Below are positions 8,341-17,259 of a DNA stretch of 64,000 nucleotides, one piece after another; the first letter of the stretch is position 1, and the number at the start of each line of letters is the position of its first letter. The stretch covers positions 5,024-69,023 of the forward strand of contig CANDKT010000002.1 in NCBI GenBank assembly GCA_947385365.1, in the 5' to 3' direction. The position numbers were made by a program, and so were the translations under genes. Source of the stretch: an uncultured Bacillota bacterium (lineage in GTDB: Bacteria; Bacillota; Clostridia; Oscillospirales; Oscillospiraceae). A model generated the notes under the pieces. It saw only the letters and a program-made list of their open reading frames with translations, made no database searches and had not been told where the DNA came from.

Positions 8341-10992
8341 ATGGCGGAAACGACTCCCATGATGCGGCAGTACCTGGATATGAAAGCACAGCACCCCGAT
8401 TGCATACTCTTCTTCCGGCTGGGCGATTTTTACGAGATGTTCCTGGACGACGCAAAGCTGGTCTCCGAGGAACTCAACCTGACGCTCACCACCCGCGACC
8501 GGAATAAACCACCGGAAGAACGGGTCCCTATGTGCGGGGTGCCTTACCACTCCAGCGAGGGCTACATCGCCCGCTTGATGGCCAAAGGCTACAAGATCGC
8601 AATCTGTGAGCAGACCGAGGACCCCGCTCAGGCAAAGGGACTCGTGAAACGCGACATCATCCGGGTCGTGACACCCGGAACCGTGGACGCCTCTATGCTG
8701 GAAGAGGCCAAAAATAACTACATCTGCGGCGTTTACGCCGATAGTACCGGCTTCGGCCTGTGCCTGTGCGACGTCTCCACCGGCGAAACTTACGCCGCAT
8801 CCTTCCCGCCCGGCCCCGAAGGATTGGAGCATCTGGAAAATGAACTGGCCCGGTTCCACCCCTCAGAGGCGGTCTTGTCTTCCGGCGCGTTCGATACGGA
8901 AGAGCTGACCACATTTTTGAAAACCCGCCTGAACTGCCTGTGCGAAAACGGCGGGGAAGCGCGGTTCCGTCCGGGTACCGCCTGCCCGCTGGCCGAAAAA
9001 CAGTTCCGGAGCGGGTTGGACCGCCTGCTTCCCGATAGCCAGATCGCCGTCCAGGCAGCCGGGGGACTGCTGGCTTACCTCTACGAGACCCAGAAAACGG
9101 ACTTGAGCCACATCTCCGTCCTGAACTGCTGCACGACCGGGCAGTACATGGAACTCGACTTTACCGCCCGCCAGACGCTGGAATTGACCGCCTCCTTCCG
9201 AAGCAAAGAAAAACGCGGCTCGCTGCTGTGGGTGCTGGACAAAACCAAAACCGCTTTGGGCGGACGCCTCCTTCGAAGCTGGGTGGAACGCCCCCTCCTT
9301 TCCCCCGTGCAAATCGCACGGCGACAGCAGGCCGTGTCCGACCTGGTAGAGGACAGCATCGCACGGGAAGAATTGGCCCTCGTTTTGCGGGAAATCACCG
9401 ACCTGGAACGGCTCATCAGCCGCTTGGTCTGCGGCTCCGCCGGAGGACGGGACCTGGTCTTGCTGGCGTCCGGCCTGAGCAAGGTCCCTAACGTGCGGGA
9501 ACTCCTGGAAGGCAAACCTTCCGCGCTGCTCCGGAGCCTGTGCGAACAGCTGAACGGCCTGCCGGACCTGTGCGAGATGCTGGACCAAGCCCTGGTGGAA
9601 GAACCGCCCCTCTCCGTTCGGGAGGGCGGCCTGATTCGGGACGGCTACAGCCCGGACGTGGACAAACAACGGAACATCCTCAGCCACGCCGCTGAACTGC
9701 TGGCGCAGCTGGAAACCCGTACAAAAGAACAGACCGGTATCCGGAGCTTGAAAATCAAATCCAACCAGGTCTTCGGCTACTACATTGAAGTGGCAAAAGC
9801 TCAGACCGGACTGGTCCCTCAGGACTGGACCCGGAAACAGACCACCGTCAACGCCGAACGCTACATCTCCCAGGAGCTGAAAGAACTGGAACACGATATC
9901 CTCTCCGCCAAAGACCGCGTGACCGCGTTGGAATACCAGCTCTTCTGCGGCCTGCGGGAGCAGGTGTGCGGCCAGATCGAAACAATCCAGAAAACCGCCG
10001 CCGCCGTGGCTCAGGTGGACGTGCTGAACTCCTTCGCCACCGTGGCCGCCAACAGCGGTTACTGTATGCCTCAGGTGGACGACTCCGGCGCCTTGACCAT
10101 CGTGGAGGGCCGTCACCCCGTGGTGGAAAAAATGCTGCAAAAAACCCCCTTCGTCCCAAACGATACCCATATGGACTGCGGCAACGACCTGTGCGCAATC
10201 ATCACCGGCCCCAATATGGCCGGGAAGTCTACCTATATGCGTCAGGTCGCGCTCATCGTCCTCATGGCACAGATGGGTTCCTTCGTCCCGGCACGTTCGG
10301 CCACCATCGGCGTGGTGGACCGGGTGTTCACCCGCATCGGCGCAAGCGACGACCTGTCCGCCGGACAGTCGACCTTCATGGTCGAAATGACCGAGGTCGC
10401 CGCCTTGCTGAAACACGCCACCAGACGCTCCCTCCTGATCCTGGACGAGATAGGCCGCGGCACCAGTACCTACGACGGTATGGCTATCGCCCGTGCCGTG
10501 CTGGAGTTTTGCGCCAACCCTCGCCGCTTGGGCGCAAAAACCCTCTTCGCGACCCACTACCATGAACTGACCGCGCTGGAAGATCAGCTCAACGGAGTCA
10601 AAAACTACAACATCGCCGCGAAAAAACGGGGCGGAGATATCATCTTCCTGCGTAAGATCGTCCGCGGCGGCGCGGACCAGAGTTACGGCGTGGAAGTCGC
10701 CCGCTTGGCCGGAGTCCCGGAACAGGTCATCCGGCGCGCACGGGAAATCTTAACGGAGCTGGAGTCAGGCGGCGGAAACGCCGCGGAAGTCAGAACCCAA
10801 ACCTCAGACCACACCGAAGAACAGGTCTCCTTGGACGACATCGGCGGCGCGACCGTCCTGAAAAAACTCCGCATGACCGACGTCAACCTGATCTCGCCTA
10901 TGGAAGCGATGAATCTCCTCGCAGAGCTGAAAAAGGACCTGCAAGGAAGCTGCCCCCCGCCTGCGGCGGGAGGAAAGGAGGACAACGCATGA
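8341..10992 (+). CDS. mutS: DNA mismatch repair protein MutS
   Basis: TPMMRQY, FFRLGDFYEMF, ITGPNMAGKSTYMRQ, GQSTFMVEM and DEIGRGTSTYDG motifs. Confidence 0.98.
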   Translation: MAETTPMMRQYLDMKAQHPDCILFFRLGDFYEMFLDDAKLVSEELNLTLTTRDRNKPPEERVPMCGVPYHSSEGYIARLMAKGYKIAICEQTEDPAQAKGLVKRDIIRVVTPGTVDASMLEEAKNNYICGVYADSTGFGLCLCDVSTGETYAASFPPGPEGLEHLENELARFHPSEAVLSSGAFDTEELTTFLKTRLNCLCENGGEARFRPGTACPLAEKQFRSGLDRLLPDSQIAVQAAGGLLAYLYETQKTDLSHISVLNCCTTGQYMELDFTARQTLELTASFRSKEKRGSLLWVLDKTKTALGGRLLRSWVERPLLSPVQIARRQQAVSDLVEDSIAREELALVLREITDLERLISRLVCGSAGGRDLVLLASGLSKVPNVRELLEGKPSALLRSLCEQLNGLPDLCEMLDQALVEEPPLSVREGGLIRDGYSPDVDKQRNILSHAAELLAQLETRTKEQTGIRSLKIKSNQVFGYYIEVAKAQTGLVPQDWTRKQTTVNAERYISQELKELEHDILSAKDRVTALEYQLFCGLREQVCGQIETIQKTAAAVAQVDVLNSFATVAANSGYCMPQVDDSGALTIVEGRHPVVEKMLQKTPFVPNDTHMDCGNDLCAIITGPNMAGKSTYMRQVALIVLMAQMGSFVPARSATIGVVDRVFTRIGASDDLSAGQSTFMVEMTEVAALLKHATRRSLLILDEIGRGTSTYDGMAIARAVLEFCANPRRLGAKTLFATHYHELTALEDQLNGVKNYNIAAKKRGGDIIFLRKIVRGGADQSYGVEVARLAGVPEQVIRRAREILTELESGGGNAAEVRTQTSDHTEEQVSLDDIGGATVLKKLRMTDVNLISPMEAMNLLAELKKDLQGSCPPPAAGGKEDNA

Positions 10993-11804
10993 AATCAAGC
11001 AAACTTTTAGCGGCTGTGCTGCTCTTACTGCTGACGCTCCCAGCCTGCGGGCCGAAAACGGCGGAGCCGGAAACCACTGCCTTGGATCTGGACTTCATCG
11101 CCGGGACGCTGACCGACAGCGGGTATTTTTCTGACCCGGTGGAGGCGCAAGACCCGGAGAGCGTTCCCGGTCTGCTGTCCCTGTACGAGGACCGGATCGA
11201 AGCAGATCCGGAGGATATCGCCGAAGCCCGGTACACCATGTCCTTGGGGGCGGCGGACCAATTTCTGCTGCTTCAGGGGACGGACAGCGCGGCAACAGAC
11301 CGTTTGGAGGCCGCACTGGACACCTATCTCGAAGATAGCCGCTCCGCGCTTGAATTTTACCTTCCAGAGCAAGTGGCGCGGCTGGACGAGGCGGTGATCG
11401 AACGCCGGGGGACTTACCTGCTCCTGACCGTGGGGAACGGCGGGGATGGACTGCCGGAGTTGTGCAAAAAACTGATGGACGGGGAGACGGAAGACCTGCC
11501 CACCGCGCCGCCCGCGCCGGAGCCTCCAGTTCAACCGGTCCAGCCGGATTCTTCCGCCCCCGATACGTCTGAGCCGCTCACGCCGCTCACCCAAGAAGAA
11601 CTGGAAGCCGCCCACGAAGCCGCGTACCGCTACTACGCCGGCACCGTCTTCGAAGACATCGTCCTGACCGAGATCTCCCCCAAAGCCGGGGAAATCTCCT
11701 TCCAAGTATCCTGCACCAAAGGCGGCGTCCGTCAGGACCCGGACCGCACCATCTCCCTGGAACGTCAGGACGGCGTCTGGACGGTGGTCAACGAGGGGTA
11801 TTGA
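10989..11804 (+). CDS. Lipoprotein (DUF4358-like N-terminal domain, Pro-rich linker, small C-terminal domain)
   Basis: Lipobox LPAC after a hydrophobic signal. FYLPEQVARLDEAVIERRGTYLLLTV resembles DUF4358. ATGA overlap with mutS. Confidence 0.65.
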   Translation: MKSSKLLAAVLLLLLTLPACGPKTAEPETTALDLDFIAGTLTDSGYFSDPVEAQDPESVPGLLSLYEDRIEADPEDIAEARYTMSLGAADQFLLLQGTDSAATDRLEAALDTYLEDSRSALEFYLPEQVARLDEAVIERRGTYLLLTVGNGGDGLPELCKKLMDGETEDLPTAPPAPEPPVQPVQPDSSAPDTSEPLTPLTQEELEAAHEAAYRYYAGTVFEDIVLTEISPKAGEISFQVSCTKGGVRQDPDRTISLERQDGVWTVVNEGY

Positions 11805-11851
11805 GATGAACCGAGTTTCCATTTGACCTTCTACGGAAAGAGAGGAGAAGT

Positions 11852-13729
11852 ATGCCCGATATTCAAGTGTTGGACCCCCATGTCGCCGATCTGATCGCCG
11901 CCGGGGAGGTGGTAGAACGCCCGGCCAGCGTGGCCAAAGAGTTGATGGAAAATTCTATGGACGCCGGAGCTTCCGCCGTGACCGTGGAGATCCGCCACGG
12001 CGGAATGACCTTCCTGCGGGTGACGGACAACGGAAAAGGTATCCCTGCCAGTCAGCTGACCACCGCCTTCCTGCGGCACGCCACCAGTAAGCTGCGCAAT
12101 GGACACGACTTGGAAGCCATCGGTACGTTAGGCTTCCGCGGGGAAGCCTTGGCGGCAATCTCCGCCGTGTCCCGCGTGGAGATGACAAGCCGTACCCCAG
12201 AAGAAGAACTGGGCGCGTCCCTGAGCCTGGAAGCGGGCGTGCCCGGCCCCGTAGAAGAGGCAGGCTGTCCGTTAGGAACCACTCTGGTGGTCCGGGACCT
12301 GTTCTTCAATACCCCCGCCCGGCTGAAGTTCGTGAAAAAAGACTCCGCCGAAGGCGCGGCTGTCTTCTCCGTGGTCCAGCGAATCGCGCTGTCTCACCCC
12401 GAGGTCCGCGTGAAGTTCATCCGGGACGGAAAACAGGACCTGCTCACGCCAGGAGACGGCCAGCTGAAATCCGCCGTCTACGCCGTGCTGGGACGGGAAC
12501 TCGCCCTGGGACTCCGGGAGGTGAACGCCAGCGGAGAGGATATGTCTGTGAGCGGGTTCGTCTCACTGCCCGCCTGCTGCCGGGCCAGCCGGAATTGGCA
12601 GTTCTTCTTCGTCAATGGCCGTCAGGTGAAATCGCAGCTGATGATGGCCGCCTTGGAAGAAGCCTACAAAAATCAGCGGATGGTAGGCAAATTTCCCGCC
12701 TGCGTCCTGCACCTGAATATGAAACTCAACGCCGTGGACGTCAACGTCCACCCCGCCAAGACCCAAGTCAAATTTGCCGCGGAACGTCAGGTGTTTTCCG
12801 CGGTCTACCACGCCGTACTCTCCGCGCTGGAAAACGACCGCTCCCACCCGCAGGTCCAGCTGAACAGCACGGCCCCAAAACCAGTACCAAAACCGAACGG
12901 TCCCGCTCCAGCCGCCGCGCCGGAACGCCCCGCGCCGCCTAACGCTCAAAACGTCCCCGTGCGGCGTACCGGCGTGAGAGTGGGGAGCGGATGGAGCCAA
13001 TCGCTTTCCCGTCGGGAACCCACCCCTGCCGCGCCTACGCCGCCGGGACCCTTGCCCGCCTCTGCGCCCCCTGAAATGAAGCGTCCCGTTCCGACCCCGC
13101 CGGAACCCGCACGCCCTAAGCCTGTCCCACCGGTTCCGCCTGACCCGGAACCGCTGATCGCAACGGAATCTAACTGGCGCGTGGCGGGGGAGGTGCTGAA
13201 TACCTACATCGTAGTTGAACAGGGTGATACCGTCTACTTGATCGATAAGCACGCGGCGCATGAGCGGATGAACTTCGACCGGATGAAAGCGGAAGGCTAC
13301 GACCCTATGGCACAGAGCCTTTTGACGCCCGTGACCTGCCGCCTCACACCGCAGGCGCAGGAAATGCTGCTGGCTCAGCGGACGCTGCTGGAAGAGTTCG
13401 GCTTCGAGATCGACGAGCTGGGCGGCGCGTTGGCCGTGCGTCAGGCTCCCTTCGACGTGGCCGTGGAGGATATCCCCGCTACCTTGGAGGAAATCGCTCA
13501 AAAATTACTCACGACCGGTTCCGCAAACCCCAGCGCGGCACGGGATGACTTGTTGCACACTATGGCCTGCAAAGCCGCCGTCAAAGGCGGTTGGCATACC
13601 AGTTTACAGGAACTGGAACGCGTAGCACAGGCCGTCTTGTCCGGTCAGGTGAAATACTGCCCGCATGGCCGTCCCGTCGCCATCCAGATGACCAGGAAAG
13701 ATTTGGAAAAACAGTTCCGACGCGCGTGA
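11852..13729 (+). CDS. mutL: DNA mismatch repair endonuclease MutL
   Basis: IAAGEVVERPASVAKELMENSMDAG, GFRGEAL, DVNVHPAK, DKHAAHER, ACKAAVK and CPHGRP motifs. Confidence 0.98.
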   Translation: MPDIQVLDPHVADLIAAGEVVERPASVAKELMENSMDAGASAVTVEIRHGGMTFLRVTDNGKGIPASQLTTAFLRHATSKLRNGHDLEAIGTLGFRGEALAAISAVSRVEMTSRTPEEELGASLSLEAGVPGPVEEAGCPLGTTLVVRDLFFNTPARLKFVKKDSAEGAAVFSVVQRIALSHPEVRVKFIRDGKQDLLTPGDGQLKSAVYAVLGRELALGLREVNASGEDMSVSGFVSLPACCRASRNWQFFFVNGRQVKSQLMMAALEEAYKNQRMVGKFPACVLHLNMKLNAVDVNVHPAKTQVKFAAERQVFSAVYHAVLSALENDRSHPQVQLNSTAPKPVPKPNGPAPAAAPERPAPPNAQNVPVRRTGVRVGSGWSQSLSRREPTPAAPTPPGPLPASAPPEMKRPVPTPPEPARPKPVPPVPPDPEPLIATESNWRVAGEVLNTYIVVEQGDTVYLIDKHAAHERMNFDRMKAEGYDPMAQSLLTPVTCRLTPQAQEMLLAQRTLLEEFGFEIDELGGALAVRQAPFDVAVEDIPATLEEIAQKLLTTGSANPSAARDDLLHTMACKAAVKGGWHTSLQELERVAQAVLSGQVKYCPHGRPVAIQMTRKDLEKQFRRA

Positions 13730-13892
13730 GACCTCCCCCATGTGCAAGAGCCAGGACCCTTTTTTCTCCAAAATGTTGTCTGAGAAAACTTCGCTCTTGC
13801 CTGATCGGACACAATATGATATAGTAAAGAGGAAAAATTCCCATGTTTTCAAGGGAAAAAACCGTTCGGAAGAAAAGAGGGATTTTGATTCT

Positions 13893-15323
13893 ATGGAATT
13901 GACCGAACAAGCAATCCTGCTCCAGGCCCCGAACCCCGCCGCCGCCGAAAATGGACGGAAATTGTCTCGGAAAGGCAGCTTCTCCGGCCACGCGAGATCG
14001 GAAGACGGTACGTTGTACTGGGCCGCCTGCGCCGGGAGCGGGAAGACGCCTTACCGCACTTCCTTGGACTTCAGCGCACCGGGAGACCCGGTGTGCCGCT
14101 GTTCCTGTCCCAGCCGGCAGTTCCCCTGCAAGCACGCACTGGGACTGATGTTTGAGATTTTAGCCAAGAAAAGTTTCCAGGTCGAGGAGATCCCCGCGGA
14201 TATCGCGGAAAAACGCGCCAAAAAAGCGGCTCAAGTAGAGAAAAAACAGGCCCGCGCCACAACCCCTAAAAAAGTCAACACCGCCGCTTTGAAAAAGAAA
14301 ATCGCCCGTCAGCTGGAGGGTCTGGATATGGCCCGGAAAATGGCGGATGATCTGCTCCGCTCCGGCGTGGGGTCCCTGGCGGGCAGCTCCGCGCAGAGCT
14401 TCGACAAGCTGGCTAAGGATCTGGGCAGCTGCTACCTCACCGGACCTCAGGCCGATTTCACCCGTATGGCATTGGCCGTGCGGGAAATGCAGCAGAACCC
14501 TTCCCAAGCCGACCTGTGCTGCGCCCAGGCTTTGCGTACCTTGATCCATCTCCACGCCGTCATCAAAAAATCGCAGACCCTCTTGCAGGAGCAGCTGGAT
14601 ACCGGGAACTACACAAATAACGATACGATCCTGTTCGAGGCGCTCGGCGGCGTGTGGAAGCTGGAAGACCTGCGCGCCTTAGGCGCGGTCCGCCCGGCGC
14701 GGCTGGTGCAGCTGTCCTTCGACGTCTCCTTCGACGAGGCCAAAAAGGAGTTCATCGAACGCGGCTGGTGGCTGGATATGGACAGCGGCCGCATCGACGA
14801 AACACGGAACCTTCGCCCCGCAAAAGCCCTCAAGTACGTCAAAGGCGACGACAGCCGCTTCGGCCTGTTCCAAGTCCCGGAGCTGTTCACGTACCCCGGC
14901 GAGGGCAATTGCCGTATCCGTTGGGAGACCGCGGAAACCCGGCCTTTGACCCCGGAAGAACAGGCCGCTCTGCCCGCGCTGGCTCAGCCGAACCTCGCCG
15001 CCGCCGTGAAAGCGGGGAAAAATCAGCTGAAAAATACCCTCATGCCTTCCTTCCTGGCAACACTCGTCCCAATCGGACAGCTGGGCAGGGTAGGGGAGAC
15101 CTTCCTTTTGGAGGACCCCGCCGGGAGCCGGATCGTTCTCCGGGACCGCGTCGAGGACGGGGAAAACCACGCTTCCGTCCTGCGGCTGACCCTTCTGCCT
15201 GAACCTGTCCCGGCAGGCAGCGCGCTGTTCGGCCTGCTGTTCTACGACGAAACGGATCAGTTTATCTGCCTGCACCCCTACAGCATCGTCACACCAGAGC
15301 GGATCATCCGCCTGCTGTTCTGA
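13893..15323 (+). CDS. SWIM zinc-finger domain protein (YehQ-like)
   Basis: CAGSGKTPY...CRCSCPSRQFPCKHALGL SWIM motif (CxCx(n)CxH). Confidence 0.85.
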   Translation: MELTEQAILLQAPNPAAAENGRKLSRKGSFSGHARSEDGTLYWAACAGSGKTPYRTSLDFSAPGDPVCRCSCPSRQFPCKHALGLMFEILAKKSFQVEEIPADIAEKRAKKAAQVEKKQARATTPKKVNTAALKKKIARQLEGLDMARKMADDLLRSGVGSLAGSSAQSFDKLAKDLGSCYLTGPQADFTRMALAVREMQQNPSQADLCCAQALRTLIHLHAVIKKSQTLLQEQLDTGNYTNNDTILFEALGGVWKLEDLRALGAVRPARLVQLSFDVSFDEAKKEFIERGWWLDMDSGRIDETRNLRPAKALKYVKGDDSRFGLFQVPELFTYPGEGNCRIRWETAETRPLTPEEQAALPALAQPNLAAAVKAGKNQLKNTLMPSFLATLVPIGQLGRVGETFLLEDPAGSRIVLRDRVEDGENHASVLRLTLLPEPVPAGSALFGLLFYDETDQFICLHPYSIVTPERIIRLLF

Positions 15324-15339
15324 AGGAGGGTCGATTCCT

Positions 15340-17250
15340 GTGAATTTACAGCCTCTTTACGACGTCAAAGCCCGCCTGGAACAGGCGGCTGTCGCCGGGA
15401 CCGGTCTGCTGGAAGAGGACTTCCGCCTGCGGAAGGCCGCGGAAGGGCTCGCGCCGCTGGCCCAAGCCAGTCCGGTGTTCGGGAAGATCGCCGCCGGGTT
15501 GGAAAAGCTGCTGGCCGCCCCGGAGGAAACGCGAGGCGTCCTGCTGCTGGACGTGCTGTCCCTGACGGACGCTGTGGTCTACACCCAAGGCCGCTGCGGC
15601 CTCCCCGGAGAGCTGAAACCGCTGCCCCACCACGGCGCGGGACTGTGCCAGGAAATCTCCTACAACCAGCTCCAGCCGCTGGTGGCCGCCTTGACCGGCT
15701 CCGGCGGCGGACGGGTCGAAACGGTCCGTTCCGCTTGGGAGGAACACCCGGAGTTTTTCCAGGATTACCGCATCCTGCCCGCCGTCGTCCTGGGTTTAGG
15801 GGACAGCTACGCGGAGATGGCCGACCAAAACGCCGAGATTTTGAAAAAAATCGGCGCGCCAGTCCTGCCGCTGCTGGAACATAACTTTGAACCGGCAGGG
15901 AAAAAGGAGATGGTCCGCCGGGTGGAGGTGTTCTCCCAAATCGCAGGAGCGGAGGCGACGCCTTGGCTGTTGAAGATCCTGTCCGAGTCGAGGAAGGACG
16001 TCCGGATCGCGGTCATCACCGCCTTGGGAGAGGACCGGAACAACTGGAAGTTACTGCTGGACCTGGCCAAGACAGAACGCGGCAAGGCCAGAGAGGCCGT
16101 CCTAAAGAGCCTCGCCCGTCAGACAGGGGACGCTGTGCGGGCGTTCTGGACCGCGGAACTGGCCAAAACGCCCAGTTCCGTCCGGAGCTTGACCGGTTCT
16201 TCCACCGAACCAGCTTCCGACCTGGTGGCCGCCGGACTGCGGGAACGTCTGGAACGGGTCTTGAACGGCAAGGGGATCGTCAACGAAAAGGACGCCCAGG
16301 AGATCCAAACTTGGCTGGCTTCCGCTCAGGGCGGCAAGGAGACCCCGGCTATGCTGGATTTCTGGCGCTGGACGGCGCAGCAGCGCGTCCCGTTGGGCAA
16401 GCTGCTGGACCATAACGCAAAGCCTTGGGACATCAACAGCACGCTCTCCGACCGGCTGCTGGATACGTTGTGCTACACCGGCCCCGGCCCGCTGTGCGAG
16501 TTGTGCCGGGAGCTTTGGGAGAACAGCCGGGGCAAGCCGGATTACCTCACACATGGACTGCTGGCGTCGCTGCTGACCCGACCCGCCGGGGAAGTGTACG
16601 AGGAGTTCTCCCCCTACATCCCCACCAAAACGCCGCTGATCGAGGGCGACAAACCAAAGCTCAACCGCGCCGCGCTTCAAGGACTGTACCGGGTGTTTTG
16701 GAAAAAAGAGACCGGCGATTGGCGCGTTTACAACGCGCACCCCACCGCTCAACCGCTAGACATCCGCTGGATTGTCCGGCTGACACAGGCCGTGTGGAAG
16801 AAGAACCTTCAGGCCAATCCCGGCCAAGTCGACGACGTGGTCTTCGGCGGCTACGACGTGTCGCTGATGAACCTGGTGAACCCCGACGACCCTGAAATGC
16901 GGGACGTGATGGCGCCTTACTTGCGTCAGCGCATGGCGCAGGTGGGCGGTTGGCGGACCTACAGCCGTTGGCTATTCCAGCTGGGCGCGAGTCCGCGCGG
17001 CGCGTTAAAGGACAGTATGCTTCAAGTTAGAAAGCCCACCTATCTGTACTACGTCTGGCTCGTACTCAGCGAGGGCGCGAAGGTCCTGCCCGCCGAGGAG
17101 ATCATCGCCTTGATCGAGGAGGTCCAAGAGGCCAACTTCCTGCGCAGAGAGGACCGGACGTTGGCGCAGCAGGCGTTCCCCTACACCATCGCCCAGCTTC
17201 GCGCAGGGAACGCCTTCCCGGAGTGGAGCGATTGGTGGGCGTTGAGATAA
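15340..17250 (+). CDS. Hypothetical HEAT-repeat-like helical protein, paralogue 1
   Basis: GTG start after AAGGAGG. All-helical pattern (KDVRIAVITALG...LLLDLAKTERGKAREAVLKSL). N-terminus homologous to the next gene. Confidence 0.75.
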   Translation: MNLQPLYDVKARLEQAAVAGTGLLEEDFRLRKAAEGLAPLAQASPVFGKIAAGLEKLLAAPEETRGVLLLDVLSLTDAVVYTQGRCGLPGELKPLPHHGAGLCQEISYNQLQPLVAALTGSGGGRVETVRSAWEEHPEFFQDYRILPAVVLGLGDSYAEMADQNAEILKKIGAPVLPLLEHNFEPAGKKEMVRRVEVFSQIAGAEATPWLLKILSESRKDVRIAVITALGEDRNNWKLLLDLAKTERGKAREAVLKSLARQTGDAVRAFWTAELAKTPSSVRSLTGSSTEPASDLVAAGLRERLERVLNGKGIVNEKDAQEIQTWLASAQGGKETPAMLDFWRWTAQQRVPLGKLLDHNAKPWDINSTLSDRLLDTLCYTGPGPLCELCRELWENSRGKPDYLTHGLLASLLTRPAGEVYEEFSPYIPTKTPLIEGDKPKLNRAALQGLYRVFWKKETGDWRVYNAHPTAQPLDIRWIVRLTQAVWKKNLQANPGQVDDVVFGGYDVSLMNLVNPDDPEMRDVMAPYLRQRMAQVGGWRTYSRWLFQLGASPRGALKDSMLQVRKPTYLYYVWLVLSEGAKVLPAEEIIALIEEVQEANFLRREDRTLAQQAFPYTIAQLRAGNAFPEWSDWWALR

Positions 17251-17259
17251 GGGGCCGAA

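Noticed and set aside
12860-13160. Pro-rich stretch in MutL and poly-Gln (1879-1897) in the XpaC-like gene as contingency loci
   Set aside because: Mixed codons and in-frame low-complexity linkers, with no simple-sequence repeat capable of frameshift phase variation.
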